A stretch of DNA of 58,765 nucleotides, from the IMG/VR virus record IMGVR_UViG_3300049828_000243, positions 1 to 58,765 of that record. One strand, written 5' to 3'. The position numbers were made by a program, and so were the translations under genes. Below, in pieces: positions 44,770-54,820 of the stretch. Numbering within the stretch: the first letter of the stretch is position 1; the number at the start of each line of letters is the position of its first letter. The notes under the pieces are model-generated. The model was not told where the DNA came from. It worked only from the letters and a program-made list of their open reading frames with translations, and ran no database searches. The stretch comes from a virus. Lineage: Duplodnaviria > Caudoviricetes.

Positions 44770-46078
44770 ATCGACGTGCATCGGGTTCGACAACAGCGAC
44801 CCCGGCACTGGCAAGACCGCAGCGCAAGTGGTGCATTACGCCACGCGGAAAGACCGCAAGCGATGCTTGGTCGTCAGTCCTAAGACGCTTATGGTGCCCG
44901 CATGGGGCACAGACTTTGCAAAATTCGCGCCTACAGTAAGCGTGGCATTTGCACACGCCGGCTCTCGCGAAGCTGCGTTCGATAGTAAAGCCGATGTCGT
45001 CGTCATCAACACTGACGGCGTCAAATGGCTCGCGGACAACCTGCACTACTTACGTGATTTCGATCACTTGATCATCGACGAATACACGTGCTTCAAGCAT
45101 GCGAGCAGTCAACGCTCCAAAGCGATGCTAAAGCTGAGCAGGATGTTCAAGCACAAGTACATGATGTCCGGCACGCCGAATCCAAACTCGGTCATGGAGC
45201 TGTGGCATCCGTGTTTGTTACTGGATGACGGTAAGCGGCTCGGCAAAAGCTACGTGCGCATGCGCAACGTGATGCAAGCGTCCAAGCCACGCCCCGGCGC
45301 TCCGGACTTCGTCGAATGGACAGACAAACCCGGCGCTAACCAAGCAATCCACGCAATTCTGGCGGACATTACCATACGCCACGAATTCGAGCGCGTGATG
45401 AAGCATGTCCCGCCCAACCACAAGCACCACATGCCGTTCGAACTCGGCGCCAAGGCTAAGAAAGCCTACGACGAAATGGAACGCTCGTGCCTGTTGGAAC
45501 TGGACAATGGCGACGTAAGCGCCGTGCACGCCGCTTCGTTGCGTACCAAGCTGCTGCAGATCGCGTCTGGTGCCGTGTACACCGGCGGCGAAGACGGCAA
45601 GTACGTCGTCATCGACAAGTCGCGCTACGAGCTTGTAGTCGATCTGATCGAAGCGCGCAAGCATAGTGTCGTGTTCTTCAACTGGCGCCACCAACGCGAT
45701 CAAATCATGGAGATGTGTGCAGAACGCAACATCTCATGCGCGCTAATCGACGGCTCTGTGTCGCAAGAAAACCGCGACCAGATCATCGCTGACTACCAAG
45801 CCGGTAAGTACCAGACGATTCTGCTGCATCCGCGTACTGGCGCACACGGTCTTACGCTGACAGCCGGCGACACCACGATCTTCGTGTCTCCGCTGTACGA
45901 AGCCGATTTGATGAAGCAAGGCATTGCACGTATCTACCGCGGCGTGCAAGACAAAGTCACCAACACTATCTTCATCGAAGCGATGGGCACAGTCGAGCAC
46001 GCGGTTTACGAGCGTCTTAACGGTAAGTACGAGCGCATGGCGGACTTGCTTGACCTTATGAGACACCACGGAGAGTGA
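44687..46078 (+). CDS. SNF2-family helicase
   Basis: PHQ, DPGTGKT, IIDE, SGTP, KLLQIASG, GAHGLTL, ARIYR motifs. Confidence 0.9.
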   Translation: MARASSRKTNSSEPSLWPHQVATWSFLKSTCIGFDNSDPGTGKTAAQVVHYATRKDRKRCLVVSPKTLMVPAWGTDFAKFAPTVSVAFAHAGSREAAFDSKADVVVINTDGVKWLADNLHYLRDFDHLIIDEYTCFKHASSQRSKAMLKLSRMFKHKYMMSGTPNPNSVMELWHPCLLLDDGKRLGKSYVRMRNVMQASKPRPGAPDFVEWTDKPGANQAIHAILADITIRHEFERVMKHVPPNHKHHMPFELGAKAKKAYDEMERSCLLELDNGDVSAVHAASLRTKLLQIASGAVYTGGEDGKYVVIDKSRYELVVDLIEARKHSVVFFNWRHQRDQIMEMCAERNISCALIDGSVSQENRDQIIADYQAGKYQTILLHPRTGAHGLTLTAGDTTIFVSPLYEADLMKQGIARIYRGVQDKVTNTIFIEAMGTVEHAVYERLNGKYERMADLLDLMRHHGE

Positions 46079-46452
46079 AAATGGAACAGACAAACGAAAC
46101 AATCGAAGTGCTGATGGCACGCAGCGAGTTCGACAAGATCACGGACAAAAACGTGCTCGGAGGGCTCAACAATCGCCTCAACGACGTACTCACGTATTTG
46201 CGCGAACTGCTCGGAAGAGACCCGTCGATTGCAGAAATTACCACGCACATGAAACATGTCGGTCTGCATACGACGATCAACACTGCAGGCGTGTGTGCAG
46301 CGATTTCCGAAAGCGGCATGGTCGCTGCAGACATGCGGTCAGCTTTCGAGATCGCGAAAACGGGGCTCGTAGCCGACAGTGCGTTCTCCGCAGCGATAGT
46401 CGTCAAGTACTACGAGTTCAAGCTGAAAAAGGAGCGCGGCAATGTCCACTGA
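46075..46452 (+). CDS. Hypothetical protein
   Basis: Coupled to the helicase stop; GGAG RBS. Confidence 0.65.
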   Translation: MKMEQTNETIEVLMARSEFDKITDKNVLGGLNNRLNDVLTYLRELLGRDPSIAEITTHMKHVGLHTTINTAGVCAAISESGMVAADMRSAFEIAKTGLVADSAFSAAIVVKYYEFKLKKERGNVH

Positions 46453-46765
46453 GAAACTCGCGGAAGAAGTTCTTCAAGGAACAATTAACGACGCATCGGC
46501 ACGTGTAGTCTCGCACGTGCAAGAAGCCATTACTGCTATCAAAGCAGCAAAATCAGACGCCGAAGCTGCTGACGTACTATCCATGATGATGCTTGGTAAC
46601 ACGAGCGCAGCGCTTCTCGCCATGCAGGTTGCAGTGCGTGACCGTGGCATGAACTCGTACAGCGACTTCAATGAGTTGTTGATGAAGTCGCTGCTTGGCG
46701 CGCGTGTGCTGCATGAGATGGTGCTCGACGCGTACGCCAAAAAAGACGATAAAAAGGTGCACTAA
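46442..46765 (+). CDS. Hypothetical helical protein
   Basis: AAGGAG RBS. Confidence 0.7.
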   Translation: MSTEKLAEEVLQGTINDASARVVSHVQEAITAIKAAKSDAEAADVLSMMMLGNTSAALLAMQVAVRDRGMNSYSDFNELLMKSLLGARVLHEMVLDAYAKKDDKKVH

Positions 46766-46938
46766 TGACTGATACTGAGCGCGACATCGCGTTGACAAAA
46801 GCTATCGTGCGTAGCATCGAGCACTGCACAGGTTATCCGCCACGCAAGCGCAGCATGTGGCCGTTCGTCACCGGCCTCGCGTTGTACCTAGTCGTTGCGA
46901 CGTGCGTCGTCGCTGCATCATTGGAGAAAGTTCTGTGA
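46765..46938 (+). CDS. Small membrane protein (57 aa; not in the ORF track)
   Basis: TAATG coupling upstream, GTGA coupling downstream, C-terminal TM. Confidence 0.6.
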   Translation: MTDTERDIALTKAIVRSIEHCTGYPPRKRSMWPFVTGLALYLVVATCVVAASLEKVL

Positions 46939-47492
46939 GCACGAACCACGTCATGGTCGACATCGAAACGTTGTCCTTGCAGCCGAATGCCGTAGTACTC
47001 TCGATTGGTGCTGTGCGGTTTGACCCGCACAGCGATATTGTTGCGTCGCATTTCAACGCCAACGTCAACGCGCAACCGCAGATTGCTGCAAAACGCGACG
47101 TTGACGCTAGCACAGTCGGATGGTGGCTGTCTCAGTCTGAGCAAGCACGCAACGCCGTGTCCTCTTCATTGCTAGGGTTAGCTCCAGACCCTGAGACTGT
47201 GTTGCGCTTGCTCAACGATTTTGTCTGCGAAGAGCCAGACACACGCTTGTGGGGGTACGGCGCTACGTTCGACAACGCAGCGTTGCGGTCGTTGTACAAC
47301 GACTTCAACGTCAAGCCGGCTTGGTCGTACAAACACGACCGATGCGCTCGCACTATCGCAAATCTCGAAGCCGCAACGACGGTACCAAAACTCGAATTTG
47401 CGGGCGTAAAACACAACGCTTACCACGACGCACTGAACCAAGCGCGCTACGTGCAGCACATCCTCAAACATACATGCGTCCGCGTGTCATGA
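46935..47492 (+). CDS. DEDDh 3'-5' exonuclease
   Basis: MVDIETL, WGYGATFD, HNAYHDA; GTG start with GGAG RBS. Confidence 0.85.
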   Translation: MSTNHVMVDIETLSLQPNAVVLSIGAVRFDPHSDIVASHFNANVNAQPQIAAKRDVDASTVGWWLSQSEQARNAVSSSLLGLAPDPETVLRLLNDFVCEEPDTRLWGYGATFDNAALRSLYNDFNVKPAWSYKHDRCARTIANLEAATTVPKLEFAGVKHNAYHDALNQARYVQHILKHTCVRVS

Positions 47493-47534
47493 CGCTAGAA
47501 CCCGACGTAGTCAAGAAACTTTTGGAGGAAGACA

Positions 47535-49025
47535 ATGACGCTCGCGTACGAAGCGTACAAGAAAGCGCTGAACGCCCGCCCACGACAAAACACGATGGCG
47601 TCGCGGGAGCGCGCCCAAGTAGTTGAAGAAGGCCGCGCAATAATGCGCGGAATACTACAGCGCGGCGGCATGTCTACGTCTGACCGGCAAATGCGTACTA
47701 TGTCGCTGTGGTGCGCAGGCGTCAATGCTTTTCGCCCTATCGCCGCACACGGCACGCCCCAATGGACGTCCGACATGCAAACACTTGCGACGTTGGAACT
47801 GGCGTCAGAAAGCGTTTCAACAGTTCTCGCAACGTGCCCGGCTAATACCAACCTGTCGGACGCCATAAGCGCAGGGCTGATAGCTCGCGCAGTCGACAAC
47901 AAAACCGGAAACGTGTTGTACGTCGCTCCTGAACGCACATACCGTGATTGCGTGACTGGAGATACACATCTACGCCCGACCGACGCAAGCTCGCTGCATG
48001 AGTGTTTCTACGTGGATTACAGCACCGACGGCGCGAAAGCTAGTGGTGTTACGACACAACTGCGTGATACGCAGGTGTGCGCAATAACCTCCGAACGATG
48101 GTCCAAAATCCACATGGTGAAAGCGGTACTGCAAGGCGGCGACGTTGCTCTACCAGTACTTGTGTCGCCGTTTAGCGGCGTAACCAGCGACCAGTACCGC
48201 ACGCTCAACGGAGTTGCGTATCACGTGTCAGTTACGCTTAACCGTCGGCTGTTCGTCGACCGCGGTTCGAACACAAACGACCCTGACATTCCGCGGTATC
48301 ACCACGCATCACGTCCGTGGAACGACGAAACACGCATGCACAAAGTGGTTCACGCAAACGCCGTGCACGTCGGTATTGAACTTGAAGTCGACTTCGTCAC
48401 TTTCTTGGAGCGTCGCGTGTTCTACCGCGATTTTACGCGCTTGGCAGGAGCAAACGCATCTGCGGAGCACGACGGCTCGCTTCGAGCCGGCACTGGACTC
48501 GAAATCATCACGCGCCCGCTGGCACTTAGCGAGTGCCGCGAAAAAGATGGCTTTCTCTACAGCATGCTGGACCTCCTGCGCAAGAAAGAAGCCGACGCAC
48601 CGGACGACAAACACGGACTGCATGTGACAATAAACGCGGCAAACCGCTACTCAATCACAGACGTACATCGCGCACGCGACTTCGTCCGCGATATTCGCAA
48701 GTACCTCCCAGCGCTGACTGGTCGTGTACCGAACGGTTACTGCGACATACACGCTAGTTCAGGGCACCATTCAGCAATAAGCTTGCGCAGTTCGCAGGCT
48801 GTAGAAGTGCGTCTGGCTCGCGCTACTGTCGACTTCAAGACGCTCAACGAGCGCATCGACTTTTCTGTAGCGCTTCTCGAATATGGTCGCGCACTTGGAT
48901 GCGACGAGTTCTCATACACGTTCGAGTCTTTCAAAAACTGGCTTCGCGACAAAAAAGACAGCCTTCCATTTTTGCATAACAAACTGTTCAAGTTCGCTCA
49001 GGAGGCGGCATGTGCATCGCAATAG
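47535..49025 (+). CDS. Putative amidoligase (COOH-NH2 ligase, glutamine synthetase-like fold)
   Basis: GIELEV, HDGSL, GLEIITRP, GLHV, VEVR motifs in the C-terminal half; GGAGG RBS. Confidence 0.8.
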   Translation: MTLAYEAYKKALNARPRQNTMASRERAQVVEEGRAIMRGILQRGGMSTSDRQMRTMSLWCAGVNAFRPIAAHGTPQWTSDMQTLATLELASESVSTVLATCPANTNLSDAISAGLIARAVDNKTGNVLYVAPERTYRDCVTGDTHLRPTDASSLHECFYVDYSTDGAKASGVTTQLRDTQVCAITSERWSKIHMVKAVLQGGDVALPVLVSPFSGVTSDQYRTLNGVAYHVSVTLNRRLFVDRGSNTNDPDIPRYHHASRPWNDETRMHKVVHANAVHVGIELEVDFVTFLERRVFYRDFTRLAGANASAEHDGSLRAGTGLEIITRPLALSECREKDGFLYSMLDLLRKKEADAPDDKHGLHVTINAANRYSITDVHRARDFVRDIRKYLPALTGRVPNGYCDIHASSGHHSAISLRSSQAVEVRLARATVDFKTLNERIDFSVALLEYGRALGCDEFSYTFESFKNWLRDKKDSLPFLHNKLFKFAQEAACASQ

Positions 49026-50161
49026 CAAAACCGGAGTTCGCCAAGTTGAGCGAAGAGACACTTCGCACGTGTTTCACCAACAACCCTGACGGTGCCGGTT
49101 TCGCGTACCACGACGGATCGTCCGTTGTCGTCTTCAAAGGCTTCTTCAAGTTCGAGGACTTCTACGAAGCCTACAAGAAGCACGACATCAATTCAAAGCG
49201 CGCACTCGTGCACTTCCGCATTACTACGCGCGGTGACACGTCGGCCGACAACTGCCATCCGTTTAAGCTCAACGAAGGCGCACTGGTGCACAACGGAACA
49301 ATCTACAGCATCGGCGCGCAGAGCACAGGAATGAGCGACACGGCCATGCTCGCACAGATGCTGTACGACGTGCCAAAGAAGCTGTTCCTCAACCTTCGCA
49401 TGATGATCGACAGCTTCGTAGCCGGCAGCCGAGTTGCGATCCTTACGAACGACAACGAGTTTTTGCTGTTCAACGAGAAGCAGTGGCACGTTGAAAACGG
49501 CGTCATGTACAGCAACACTACGTTCAAGCCGCGTGTTGTGTACGTACCACCGAAATACACGCCGTCGGTAACGCCGCCGAGTCCGTATCAGCATTCACGC
49601 ACTGTACTTGGCACAGCTCCATCGGCGGCCACGTACGGACCAAACAAAGCAACGTACAACTCACGCGAAGAACATTTCGCCAAGCTGCGCGCCAAGTACG
49701 GCAAGAAAGCGAAGAAGCAGCAGAAAGCCCAAGAACAACGCATGCGCGAAGAGCTGTCGTTGGAGAGCAACGTATACAGCTTGGGCCTCGATCTGTTCGA
49801 GATGTTCGGCGCGGACAGCGACAAGCACGACCCGAAACCGTTCATCTGGTACCAGAACGGACTTTTCACGCGTGATCGGCCGACGCTGCCGTACAAATCA
49901 AATCTGCGCCTCGAAATGAAAGTGGTTCGTTACTTTCGCGAAGCGTATGGCCGCGCCCCGGAGTTCGCTGTGGACTGGGAAGCGCTTACGTTGATCACAG
50001 CGTCAATCATTGACGAGGAAGAAACATGTCCGGAAACACCCAGCAAGACGACATCTCCAATCTCAGCACAGTTGGTGGTTTCGAGTTCACCGTGCTCAGC
50101 ACCAACCTCCCCGGCGACCTCCCTGTCGCCATCTACGTCAACGGTACCATTGTTCGACTGA
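49010..50161 (+). CDS. Class II (Ntn) glutamine amidotransferase with C-terminal extension
   Basis: N-terminal MC, NPDGAG, HFRITT, NCHPF, HNG, SDT. Confidence 0.9.
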   Translation: MCIAIAKPEFAKLSEETLRTCFTNNPDGAGFAYHDGSSVVVFKGFFKFEDFYEAYKKHDINSKRALVHFRITTRGDTSADNCHPFKLNEGALVHNGTIYSIGAQSTGMSDTAMLAQMLYDVPKKLFLNLRMMIDSFVAGSRVAILTNDNEFLLFNEKQWHVENGVMYSNTTFKPRVVYVPPKYTPSVTPPSPYQHSRTVLGTAPSAATYGPNKATYNSREEHFAKLRAKYGKKAKKQQKAQEQRMREELSLESNVYSLGLDLFEMFGADSDKHDPKPFIWYQNGLFTRDRPTLPYKSNLRLEMKVVRYFREAYGRAPEFAVDWEALTLITASIIDEEETCPETPSKTTSPISAQLVVSSSPCSAPTSPATSLSPSTSTVPLFD

Positions 50162-50403
50162 CAGACGAATACAAGTGCCCGGACAACAACAACTACAGCC
50201 TTGTGCGCGCCCCGTCCACGGAAGTTCGCTTCTTCAACGTGTATCGCACACGCGACGGCGGATTCACGTTCGGCAAGCGCTCGTTCAAGAGCATGGGCGA
50301 ACGTTCCCGCGCTCGTGACAGCCAGCGCGCGCTCGCGTGTGTCCGCATCGAGTTCACCGACTCCATGCTTGGATCGTCCATCGAGTCGCGCCTGATCTCC
50401 TAA
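50026..50403 (+). CDS. Hypothetical protein overlapping the GATase 3' end
   Basis: GAGG RBS; biased codons; followed by a terminator. Confidence 0.6.
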   Translation: MSGNTQQDDISNLSTVGGFEFTVLSTNLPGDLPVAIYVNGTIVRLTDEYKCPDNNNYSLVRAPSTEVRFFNVYRTRDGGFTFGKRSFKSMGERSRARDSQRALACVRIEFTDSMLGSSIESRLIS

Positions 50404-50420
50404 ACTTGGTGTAGCATTCC

Positions 50421-50456
50421 GAGACCGCTGCTGCAAAGCCGCGGTCTTTTTTATTT
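50421..50456 (+). terminator. Intrinsic terminator
   Basis: AGACCGC...GCGGTCT followed by TTTTTATTT. Confidence 0.7.
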
Positions 50457-50471
50457 GACAGGAGTGCTGGT

Positions 50472-52349
50472 ATGAACACAACACTGCGCGCTGCTGTGCG
50501 GCGGGCTTGCGGGGTCGGCGCTATTTATGGCGTAGACTTTGAAACGCACTGGTCGACATCGTACACGCTAAGAAAGATACCGACGACCGAGTACGTTAAC
50601 GACCCTCGTTTTGAGATGCACCTTGCCGCTGTGCAAAAAGACACGTGGGCCGCCCCTCGTGTCATGGACTTGGCGGAATTCCGCAAGTTCGTTAAGACTG
50701 TAGACTGGCAACGCTCCGGCATGCTGTGCCACAACACAGCGTTTGACGGGTACATTATGCGCCGCCATTTTGGCATCGAAGCGGGGTGGTACTTCGACAC
50801 TATGTCGATGGCTAGAGCGATCATGCCTGTCACGCAACGGCTAAGCCTTGACGCGCTGTGCAGGGCGTTCAAACTGCCCGGTAAGCGCAACGGCGCTGCA
50901 CTATCCAGCACCCAAGGCAAGCGGTGGAAAGATTTTACAGCCGCAGAGAAGAAAAACCTGCGCGTGTACGCCGGTGACGACATTTGGCAAACGTGGGAGC
51001 TGTTCGACAAGTTCGGACCGTTCATTCCGGTGGACGAACTGCACATCATCGACGCCACTATCGGCATGTACGCGCGTCCGCGCCTGTACATCGATGCCGA
51101 GAAAACGTCTGCGCTGCACAAGGCAGAGCAAACCAAGAAACAAAACGCACTGGACAAAGTGCAAGCTGCCAAGAAAGACCTGACATCTCGTGAGTCGTTC
51201 GCTGACCGCTTGCGCGCACTTGGCGTAGAACCGCCAGTTAAGATCAACAAAAAAGGCCTACTCAGCTACGCGTTCTCCAAACAAGACTACGCGTTCAAGC
51301 AACTCTTGGCGCACGCCAACGAAAAGGTGCGTGATCTTGTTCGCGCCCGGCTTACTGTCAGCTCGTCGATATTGGAAACGCGCGCGCTGCGCATGACCAA
51401 CCGCTCGTCGATAGGCGCGCAGCCGTTGTTCCTAAATTACTGGGGCGCCAAGACCGGCCGGTGGTCTGGCGGGGATAAGGCCAACTGGCAAAACCTTACT
51501 CGCGGCTCTGACCTCCGCACCGCGCTATATGCGCCGAAAGGTCACAAGCTGCTGATCGCCGACTTGTCGCAGATCGAAGCCCGCCTGACTGCGTGGTTAG
51601 CGAAGCAGACGGACCTCGTCAACGTGTTCGCGACAGGCGGCGATCCGTACAAGCTCGCTGCATCTCGCATCTACGGCAAACCAATCAGCGAGATCAGTAA
51701 GGACGAACGCTTCATTGGCAAGATCGCAGTGCTCATGCTCGGATACGGCGCTGGTTGGGAGCGTTACGCAAACACGCTGCGTGTAGGCGCCATGGGACCA
51801 GCAGTCGACATCAGTGACGCCGACGCACAGCGCATCGTTAAAACACATCGCGCGTCTATCCCGTACGTTGTCGCGATGTGGAAAGCGCTAGAGAACTCCA
51901 TGCGTATTGCGTACGCGCGGCAAACACGCGTCGAATACGGGCCAATCGTGTTCGCAGCATCGCCTAACCGCATGGTTATCGAGTTACCCGGTGGCATGTG
52001 CATCCGGTACGACGAGTTCACCATGGACGAGCACGGCATGTCGTACACGAGCGAGGTCAAGGGGTCTACGCACGTTCGCACGCGTCTGTACGGCGGGCTG
52101 ATCACTGAGAACGTCATCCAAGCGCTCGCGCGCCGCGTGATCGCAGAAGCGTTCATCGCCATCCGCAAGGAAATGCCGTACGCGCACATCGCACTGACGG
52201 TGCACGACGAAATCGTGAGTCTGATCAAGAACGCGATGTCAAAGCGCGCGTTGAAGCACGTAACTGACATCATGACGCGTACGCCAGCATGGTGCCCCGG
52301 CGCACCTATCGGCGTAGACGCCCACATCAGCGAGCGGTACGACAAATGA
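50472..52349 (+). CDS. DNA polymerase, family A, with 3'-5' exonuclease
   Basis: DFET, HN..FD, YAGDD exonuclease motifs; TGRWSG; motif A DLSQIEAR; motif B R..GK...L..GYG; motif C VHDE. Confidence 0.95.
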   Translation: MNTTLRAAVRRACGVGAIYGVDFETHWSTSYTLRKIPTTEYVNDPRFEMHLAAVQKDTWAAPRVMDLAEFRKFVKTVDWQRSGMLCHNTAFDGYIMRRHFGIEAGWYFDTMSMARAIMPVTQRLSLDALCRAFKLPGKRNGAALSSTQGKRWKDFTAAEKKNLRVYAGDDIWQTWELFDKFGPFIPVDELHIIDATIGMYARPRLYIDAEKTSALHKAEQTKKQNALDKVQAAKKDLTSRESFADRLRALGVEPPVKINKKGLLSYAFSKQDYAFKQLLAHANEKVRDLVRARLTVSSSILETRALRMTNRSSIGAQPLFLNYWGAKTGRWSGGDKANWQNLTRGSDLRTALYAPKGHKLLIADLSQIEARLTAWLAKQTDLVNVFATGGDPYKLAASRIYGKPISEISKDERFIGKIAVLMLGYGAGWERYANTLRVGAMGPAVDISDADAQRIVKTHRASIPYVVAMWKALENSMRIAYARQTRVEYGPIVFAASPNRMVIELPGGMCIRYDEFTMDEHGMSYTSEVKGSTHVRTRLYGGLITENVIQALARRVIAEAFIAIRKEMPYAHIALTVHDEIVSLIKNAMSKRALKHVTDIMTRTPAWCPGAPIGVDAHISERYDK

Positions 52350-52528
52350 CGCCCAAAGAGACAGCGTTCGTGTACTCGCTACTGGAAGAGGTAGCGAAAT
52401 GGGCCTACAACAACGGCTACGACGATTGCAAGGAGAAAAGAGTCAAAAGAGAAAAATTCGTTATGTCTAGCGCAGACAAATTGCGCCTGCAAGCAGAATT
52501 GTTGAAAGCGACGACGAAACGCGCTTGA
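52346..52528 (+). CDS. Hypothetical protein
   Basis: ATGA coupling to the polymerase; 60 aa. Confidence 0.55.
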   Translation: MTPKETAFVYSLLEEVAKWAYNNGYDDCKEKRVKREKFVMSSADKLRLQAELLKATTKRA

Positions 52529-52550
52529 CTTCAACAAAGAGAGGAATACC

Positions 52551-52928
52551 ATGAGCAAACCCCTCGGCGACCTCTGCGACGAGCTATACAGGCTCAACAC
52601 GCAGATCACGGCCGCTAACAAAGTTGTATCCGATTTGCAGAAGACGAAGACGGAACTGGAAGGCACGATCTTGGCAGCGCTTGACGAGCAGAAGACAACT
52701 GCCGCGCGCGGAAAGATGGCGAACGTCGTCATCAAGTCGTCGATCAAGCCCGGCATTGCCGACTTCGAAGCACTTGCCACTTTCATCTTGCGCAAGAAAG
52801 CTGTGCACCTTCTGCAACGTCGTATTTCGAGCGAGGCTTACGCCGAACTCAAAGGCACATCCGTCAAGCCGCTACCCGGATGTAGTGAATTCCTCCAGCG
52901 GACCCTCTCAGTCACCAAGGTCTCCTAA
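52551..52928 (+). CDS. Conserved phage replication-region coiled-coil protein
   Basis: GAGG RBS; LLQRRIS motif; coupled to the SSB-like gene. Confidence 0.7.
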   Translation: MSKPLGDLCDELYRLNTQITAANKVVSDLQKTKTELEGTILAALDEQKTTAARGKMANVVIKSSIKPGIADFEALATFILRKKAVHLLQRRISSEAYAELKGTSVKPLPGCSEFLQRTLSVTKVS

Positions 52929-53728
52929 TGGCTACTCGCAAAACTTCCAAGTCCGCTGAAACCGCATCGCCGGGCACCGGCATTGCCTTGATCGACAGCC
53001 AGCTCTCCGCCGAAGCCGCTATGCTCAAGTCGCAGCTCGGCGCTCCGGGCGGCAACAAGATCAAGATCGAACCGTCGGGCAACATCAAGCTCCCGGACGG
53101 CACTGACGCAGGAAACGAAATCCAGTTTGTCGTCGTTGACTTCATGTCGGCGAACCGTTTCTATTCCGGCGTGTACAACTCGCAAAACCCGGCTCCACCG
53201 GACTGCTACGCAATTGGTCGCGTGCTGGCCGACATGGCACCGGAAGACGACTCGCCGCAGAAGCAGCATGACGGCAACTGCGCAGGGTGTCCGATGAACG
53301 CGTTCGGCTCCGGCCCCAACGGCGCCAAGGCGTGCAAGAACACTCGCGAGTTGGCAGTGCTTTTGATCGACCCGGATAACCCGGATGCACACAACGCTCC
53401 GGATGCTCCGCTGTACTCGCTGTCGGTACCGCCGACTTCGCTTCGTTCGTTTGACTCTGCAGCTTCGATGGTCGGCCGCACGCTTGGCTCGCTCATCAAG
53501 GCTGTGATCACCATGACGGCGACTCCGAAGGGTACGTACGCTTCGCTCACGTTCTCCTCGCCTGTCGCAAACCCTGACTACGCTGTGCATTTCCAGCGTC
53601 GCGCAGAGTGCGAAGCGCTGCTCGTGCGCAAGCCGAACTACGACGAGTACAACGCACGTGCTGCTGCCGCCCCCGGCCGCGGTAACGCGCGCGGTCGTGC
53701 ATCACCGCCGGCGCGTCCGCGTCGCTAA
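52928..53728 (+). CDS. Putative ssDNA-binding/annealing protein with Zn motif
   Basis: PDCYA...CAGCPMNAFGSG..KACKN..L.VPPTS; high codon bias; near the polymerase. Confidence 0.6.
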   Translation: MATRKTSKSAETASPGTGIALIDSQLSAEAAMLKSQLGAPGGNKIKIEPSGNIKLPDGTDAGNEIQFVVVDFMSANRFYSGVYNSQNPAPPDCYAIGRVLADMAPEDDSPQKQHDGNCAGCPMNAFGSGPNGAKACKNTRELAVLLIDPDNPDAHNAPDAPLYSLSVPPTSLRSFDSAASMVGRTLGSLIKAVITMTATPKGTYASLTFSSPVANPDYAVHFQRRAECEALLVRKPNYDEYNARAAAAPGRGNARGRASPPARPRR

Positions 53729-53792
53729 GGCGGAAATCGGGGCGGCGCTCGTCGCCCCGAACTTACAACACCACCCAAAAAGGAAAGTCACC

Positions 53793-54275
53793 ATGTCTGT
53801 GCAAACTGCAGTTACGTCCGTTCCGGTTCGCGCCAAGGGCAAACCACCGGTCATGCTCAAGAACGGCGTCAAGCTCTCCGACGCTCGCAAAACTGCTGAT
53901 GAAGCTGTGAAGGCGAGCAACGCCATCGTCAAGGACGCTGCCAAGGCGAACGCTAACGCCAACGCTGTGCTGGTAAAGGCAGACGCTTCGCTTGCCAAGG
54001 CAACAGCCAAGCACGCGGCTGCGTATGAAGCGCACGCAGCGGCCAAGACGGCGCTCGCGGCTGACCGCAAGAACGGAAAGCTCAAGGCGAAGCTCGACAA
54101 GGCGGTCGAAGACAAGACCGGTACCGTCAACGCGCTCGCCGCGGCCAAGGAAGCCCGCAAGACCGCGTTCGCTGCCACGAAGGAAACTTCGGCGCGGCTC
54201 AAGGCGGTCATGGCGGACGCTGCGAAGGCGACCGCCAATCGTGAGAAGGTCGAGAAGACGCCTCGCCTGAACTGA
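53793..54275 (+). CDS. Ala/Lys-rich histone H1-like or coiled-coil protein
   Basis: AAGGA RBS before ATG 53793; extreme A/K composition. Confidence 0.7.
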   Translation: MSVQTAVTSVPVRAKGKPPVMLKNGVKLSDARKTADEAVKASNAIVKDAAKANANANAVLVKADASLAKATAKHAAAYEAHAAAKTALAADRKNGKLKAKLDKAVEDKTGTVNALAAAKEARKTAFAATKETSARLKAVMADAAKATANREKVEKTPRLN

Positions 54276-54286
54276 GCGTCGTAAAC

Positions 54287-54312
54287 CAGAAGCCCCCGAA
54301 AGGGGGCTTCTG
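54287..54312 (+). terminator. Stable GAAA-tetraloop hairpin (no U-tract)
   Basis: CAGAAGCCCCC-gaaa-GGGGGCTTCTG. Confidence 0.55.
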
Positions 54313-54327
54313 CGTCTGGAGGTACTG

Positions 54328-54750
54328 ATGAGCGAGCGCTCACTGATCGACGCAATTCATAGACGCATCAAGGTTCCTCTGCACAAGCAGAGCATGACCA
54401 AAGCGTCTCTTACTACCGCAGGCACGCCGGATTACTACTACGACGGCGCGTTCAAAGACCTGTGGGTAGAGTACAAATTCGTCTCTTCGACACCGCGCGA
54501 TCGCATCGTTGGCCGCGTTGACGATAAGAAGCGCGGCTGCTACTCGACGCTTCAACATCGGTGGATGACAAGGCGCTGGACCACTGGTCGCAACGTCATC
54601 GGCGTCATCGGGCTTCCCGACAAGAAGCGCGCGTGCATGCAGTTCTCACCCTGTGAATGGGTGAACGGCACGCGCATCGAAACCGCAGTTTCGTTGTCGG
54701 AGGTAGCTGATTGGATAGTCGCATACTGTGGGCAATTACCCGAGCGGTAG
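54328..54750 (+). CDS. VRR-NUC/resolvase-like PD-(D/E)XK nuclease
   Basis: E...GTPD...WVEYK...S.LQ..W motif. Confidence 0.75.
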   Translation: MSERSLIDAIHRRIKVPLHKQSMTKASLTTAGTPDYYYDGAFKDLWVEYKFVSSTPRDRIVGRVDDKKRGCYSTLQHRWMTRRWTTGRNVIGVIGLPDKKRACMQFSPCEWVNGTRIETAVSLSEVADWIVAYCGQLPER

Positions 54751-54820
54751 GAATGTTGCTGATTAGCGCAGCATCCGTAGCCGCAGCCTTTCACAAGTCA
54801 CAAAAACGGAGTTACCGCAA

